From the NCBI GenBank assembly GCA_020137815.1, contig CM035358.1:1612001-1676000 (forward strand): a stretch of DNA of 64,000 nt, given 5' to 3'. Made by a program: the position numbers and the translations under genes. The stretch is from Hormiphora californensis. Lineage: Eukaryota; Animalia; Ctenophora. Shown one piece after another: positions 61,202 through 64,000 of this stretch. Below the pieces are notes generated by a model, which saw nothing but the letters and a program-made list of their open reading frames with translations, made no database searches and was not told the origin of the DNA. Within the stretch, counting starts at the first letter, position 1; every line of letters starts with the position of its first letter.

Positions 61202-62686
61202 GCTGCTGTATTCCTGTTATAATGTGTCCAAAACAGAGTCTAAAAGTAAACCGTGTTTGTTATCTGTTTGTTATCTGTCTCATAAACACTTGTAATTGGT
61301 GAAGTGGCGAACATGGAGTATGAGGATAGAAAATTTTAAAAAATCGGGTCTTGTCTCTTGGCGTCACGTCTGCATTCTGCAATTCGGAAGGGTAGCGGGG
61401 AAGATCGAAATGTGTTTATCCTTCTATAAATCTCACAATTTCAAGTCTTTGTTTTATATCAGGATTCAGGAGGTGGCGCTTTTCCGTGATTTTTTTTCCG
61501 GGAAAAAAGAACGTGAACGTTCCTGTTCAGATCAAGTTGCGCCCGGGTTGTTAGTTGGGCGCGCGGCGCTTCAAAAAAAACATCGGCTAAACGCGCGGTC
61601 AATACACGCACGTTAAACTTCTGTCTGTCGCGCGCTACATTCATCTAATTTCCTCCAGTGTAGCCCCATTATCTGCATTTGGGTGCCTCCACTCTCCAGG
61701 CACAGACAAGCAACCGCCAAAAGACTCGAATGTTATTGAGTAAGAGGGGAACCCCTCAAATTAGTTATCAAGGGCCTTTATATTATTATTTACCACCGAT
61801 ACAATTTATCACTGCGAGTTCACTGAGACTGGGAGTGGGAATGAGTTGTATGATACATCTCATTCCCACTCCCAGTCCTTGGTCCCAGTCTCACTCTTCT
61901 TATAGTGAACCTCTCACTCCCACTTTCATGTTATCATTACTGTCAGTCGCTTCCCTTGAGAGTGAGTGTTACAGGCACCAATTAAACAACTATATAAATA
62001 GAGTGAAAATTAATAAGAATAGAACAAATATAAGAATATCTATAGAAGTAGAACAAGATTAATAGCACCAAACATGAGTACATGCGACTAGACTTCCTAA
62101 ACTTCACTTTAAATATTAACTAAACCTACAAATTTTATAAAATCGGCATTGGATATAAATTAAAGTTAAACTCTATATGAAAAAGTGTCTTAGATTCCTC
62201 GATCTCCAAAGTCCTAAATAAAGGTACAGTTCTCTGAACAAGATTGACTGCTGTTTTTGAAAAGAAGAACTCGTGTAATTCCTGCAACCCTTGGAACATC
62301 TGATCAAGAACCTTTCGCTTTGCCCTGAAATTAAATACGATTAGGCTACGAAAATATAACGAGATTAACTATGAAGAAATGATGTTCATTCAAAAACATG
62401 AAACTAGTTGGAATGACATGCTAACAAGATACTCAGGTCATGCAATTGTAGGCATATCTTTGTAAAGAATAGAGAGGTGGACAAACCAGTGGTTTGAAAC
62501 CACCAAGAAAGGGGCCGCCGGCGGTTCAACCGCACAAACGCCATAGTATAACATAAGCAACTCAGACCTTGAACCTTTGTAATATAGATTCAAGGTCAGA
62601 GTTACTTTTAGGGATTCTCTCCCCAATCCCCATGCATGCTCCAGTCACAATACACTATCACTACATCATGTAACATGGACATACTC

Positions 62687-64000
62687 TCAGTTCGAACACG
62701 GTTTGTCTTCTAGCCGCTCATACACAGATCTCGGTCGGAGGGTCTTTAGTACAAGCTTTCTACATGAAAATTAACTTTAGTACAAGCTTTCTAATGAAAA
62801 TGAACTTTTGAGCGGGACTGATCGAAAAGAGGGGTAGGCCATTGTTCAATGGGGTTTTAATTCATTACACATTTACACATTAATCAATAATCTGACGACA
62901 ATCTGAAATCAAGAGCTCAAATGATCAGTTTCCTACCTGTGCCAAAGTGTGAAGAGAACTCCCAGAAGTTGGACCACTGAAACAGCAATAACTGACATCC
63001 CAATATTGCGAACAATCCTGTTTATAAACTCTCCTGAAAACAATAGATTGGAATAATATATCAAATGAACTTTTTGTACTGGTTGAAGGGGGGGGGGGTC
63101 GAAGGGGGCTATGGAGCTATGGAGCTGTCAGGCCTTGTTGAGTAAGGGGGAAGACACTCTTCCCCCTTACTCAACAAGTCAGGCCACTGCTCTGACCACA
63201 GTTCTCGTTTGGCTCCATTGCAACCTATTCTCGCTCCGCGAAGAATAGGCTCCCGGCCTGTGGACAGCAAGAACTCACGTGCGCGCGATGTAAAGCACGT
63301 TTTCAGCAGTGGGACTATCAAATCGCGCGCGAAATACTGTTTTAGCAGGCATTTTTAGCCGACATAGCACTACCAAAACCCCAATTACCGCCTCAATTGG
63401 CACTTTGATGTATCGGCGGGTATTTTCCCATACTCACAAGGCCATGACGATTCACCCAGTACCCGCAGATTGTCCCAGGACCGAGTAGGAGCTTGCAGCC
63501 AGGTCTTTAAAGAATTGCTCATGTTTAGCGTCAATTTTGACCCACTATTCCTCAAATGCTGATATTCGCGGGTATTTTCCGTAAAACTAGAGACAATTAT
63601 CTGCCAGGAGCAACAAACGAGATGCAAATCGGTTCAGTAGTTCCTTGCAGCCAGGTCTTTGAAAAAGTTTGCTCTAAAATCAATAACGCGCCGGAGGCCT
63701 AGATGTGAGATCGATCTTGGTCGCTGCGCGACCTCGATCTCACTCAGGCATCAATGTGGCCAAAGTTCTCGTGCAGAACAGAAATGAAGAAGAAATGAGA
63801 ATAGGGTCAGGCATATGGAGGGGGGGGGGGGGGCGGCCAACGCTATTACAACTCTAGAGCCAAAAAAGGCATCAATCCTAATGATACCAACACAAACTTT
63901 CATGCGCCGTATGAGATGGGAGTCTGGACATCTACAATTACCTATTGCCTCGTTGCATCCAACTGAGTACATGACGTCACAGGATGACGTCACACAGCAG
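62687..64000 (-). CDS. 3' part of a tetraspanin-like gene
   Basis: Exon CCVTSSCDVMYSVGCNEAI (end of EC2, donor at about 63941) joins in phase to exon 63033-62936, GEFINRIVRNIGMSVIAVSVVQLLGVLFTLWH (TM4). A probable last exon 62759-62687 reads RKLVLKTLRPRSVYERLEDKPCSN*. Confidence 0.7.

Noticed and set aside
60093-61208. TGCTGCTG as a TSD for element copy B
   Set aside because: It is only 8 bp of low-complexity sequence and no tail is adjacent to the left copy.

Overview
Intron-rich eukaryotic DNA, most likely from a cydippid ctenophore (Pleurobrachia/Hormiphora-like). That assignment rests on two genomic copies of a sequence I recognise from memory as the ctenophore spliced leader (SL, ...ACACTACTTTAAACAAATTAATTTGAG). 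I reconstructed these host genes exon by exon: the 3' part of a small OB-fold-like gene; an ankyrin/pre-SET/SET G9a/GLP-like methyltransferase; a carbohydrate sulfotransferase whose intron 1 holds a 9.3-kb Ty3/gypsy element with near-identical LTRs; TNNI3K; a BMP1/Tolloid-type astacin; an MKKS/BBS6 plus RABEPK pair only 100 nt apart (probable SL-resolved operon); an orphan gene; and the 3' part of a tetraspanin. Introns and intergenic DNA are rich in MITE and foldback elements, including a nested cluster. The main candidate for an undescribed system is at 58.8-61.2 kb. Two intronless ORFs there encode LINE-ORF1-like proteins with no reverse transcriptase, and each begins with a genomic SL copy. 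One has the near-complete 43-nt SL, a (TAA)n tail and a perfect 14-bp target-site duplication, so it looks like a retroposed, trans-spliced 'ORF1-only' element. A second recurring pattern is tandem duplication of 3' splice acceptors at about eight sites, including a 26-copy minisatellite built from a TNNI3K intron/exon junction. All gene models and coordinates were read by eye and no database searches were run.
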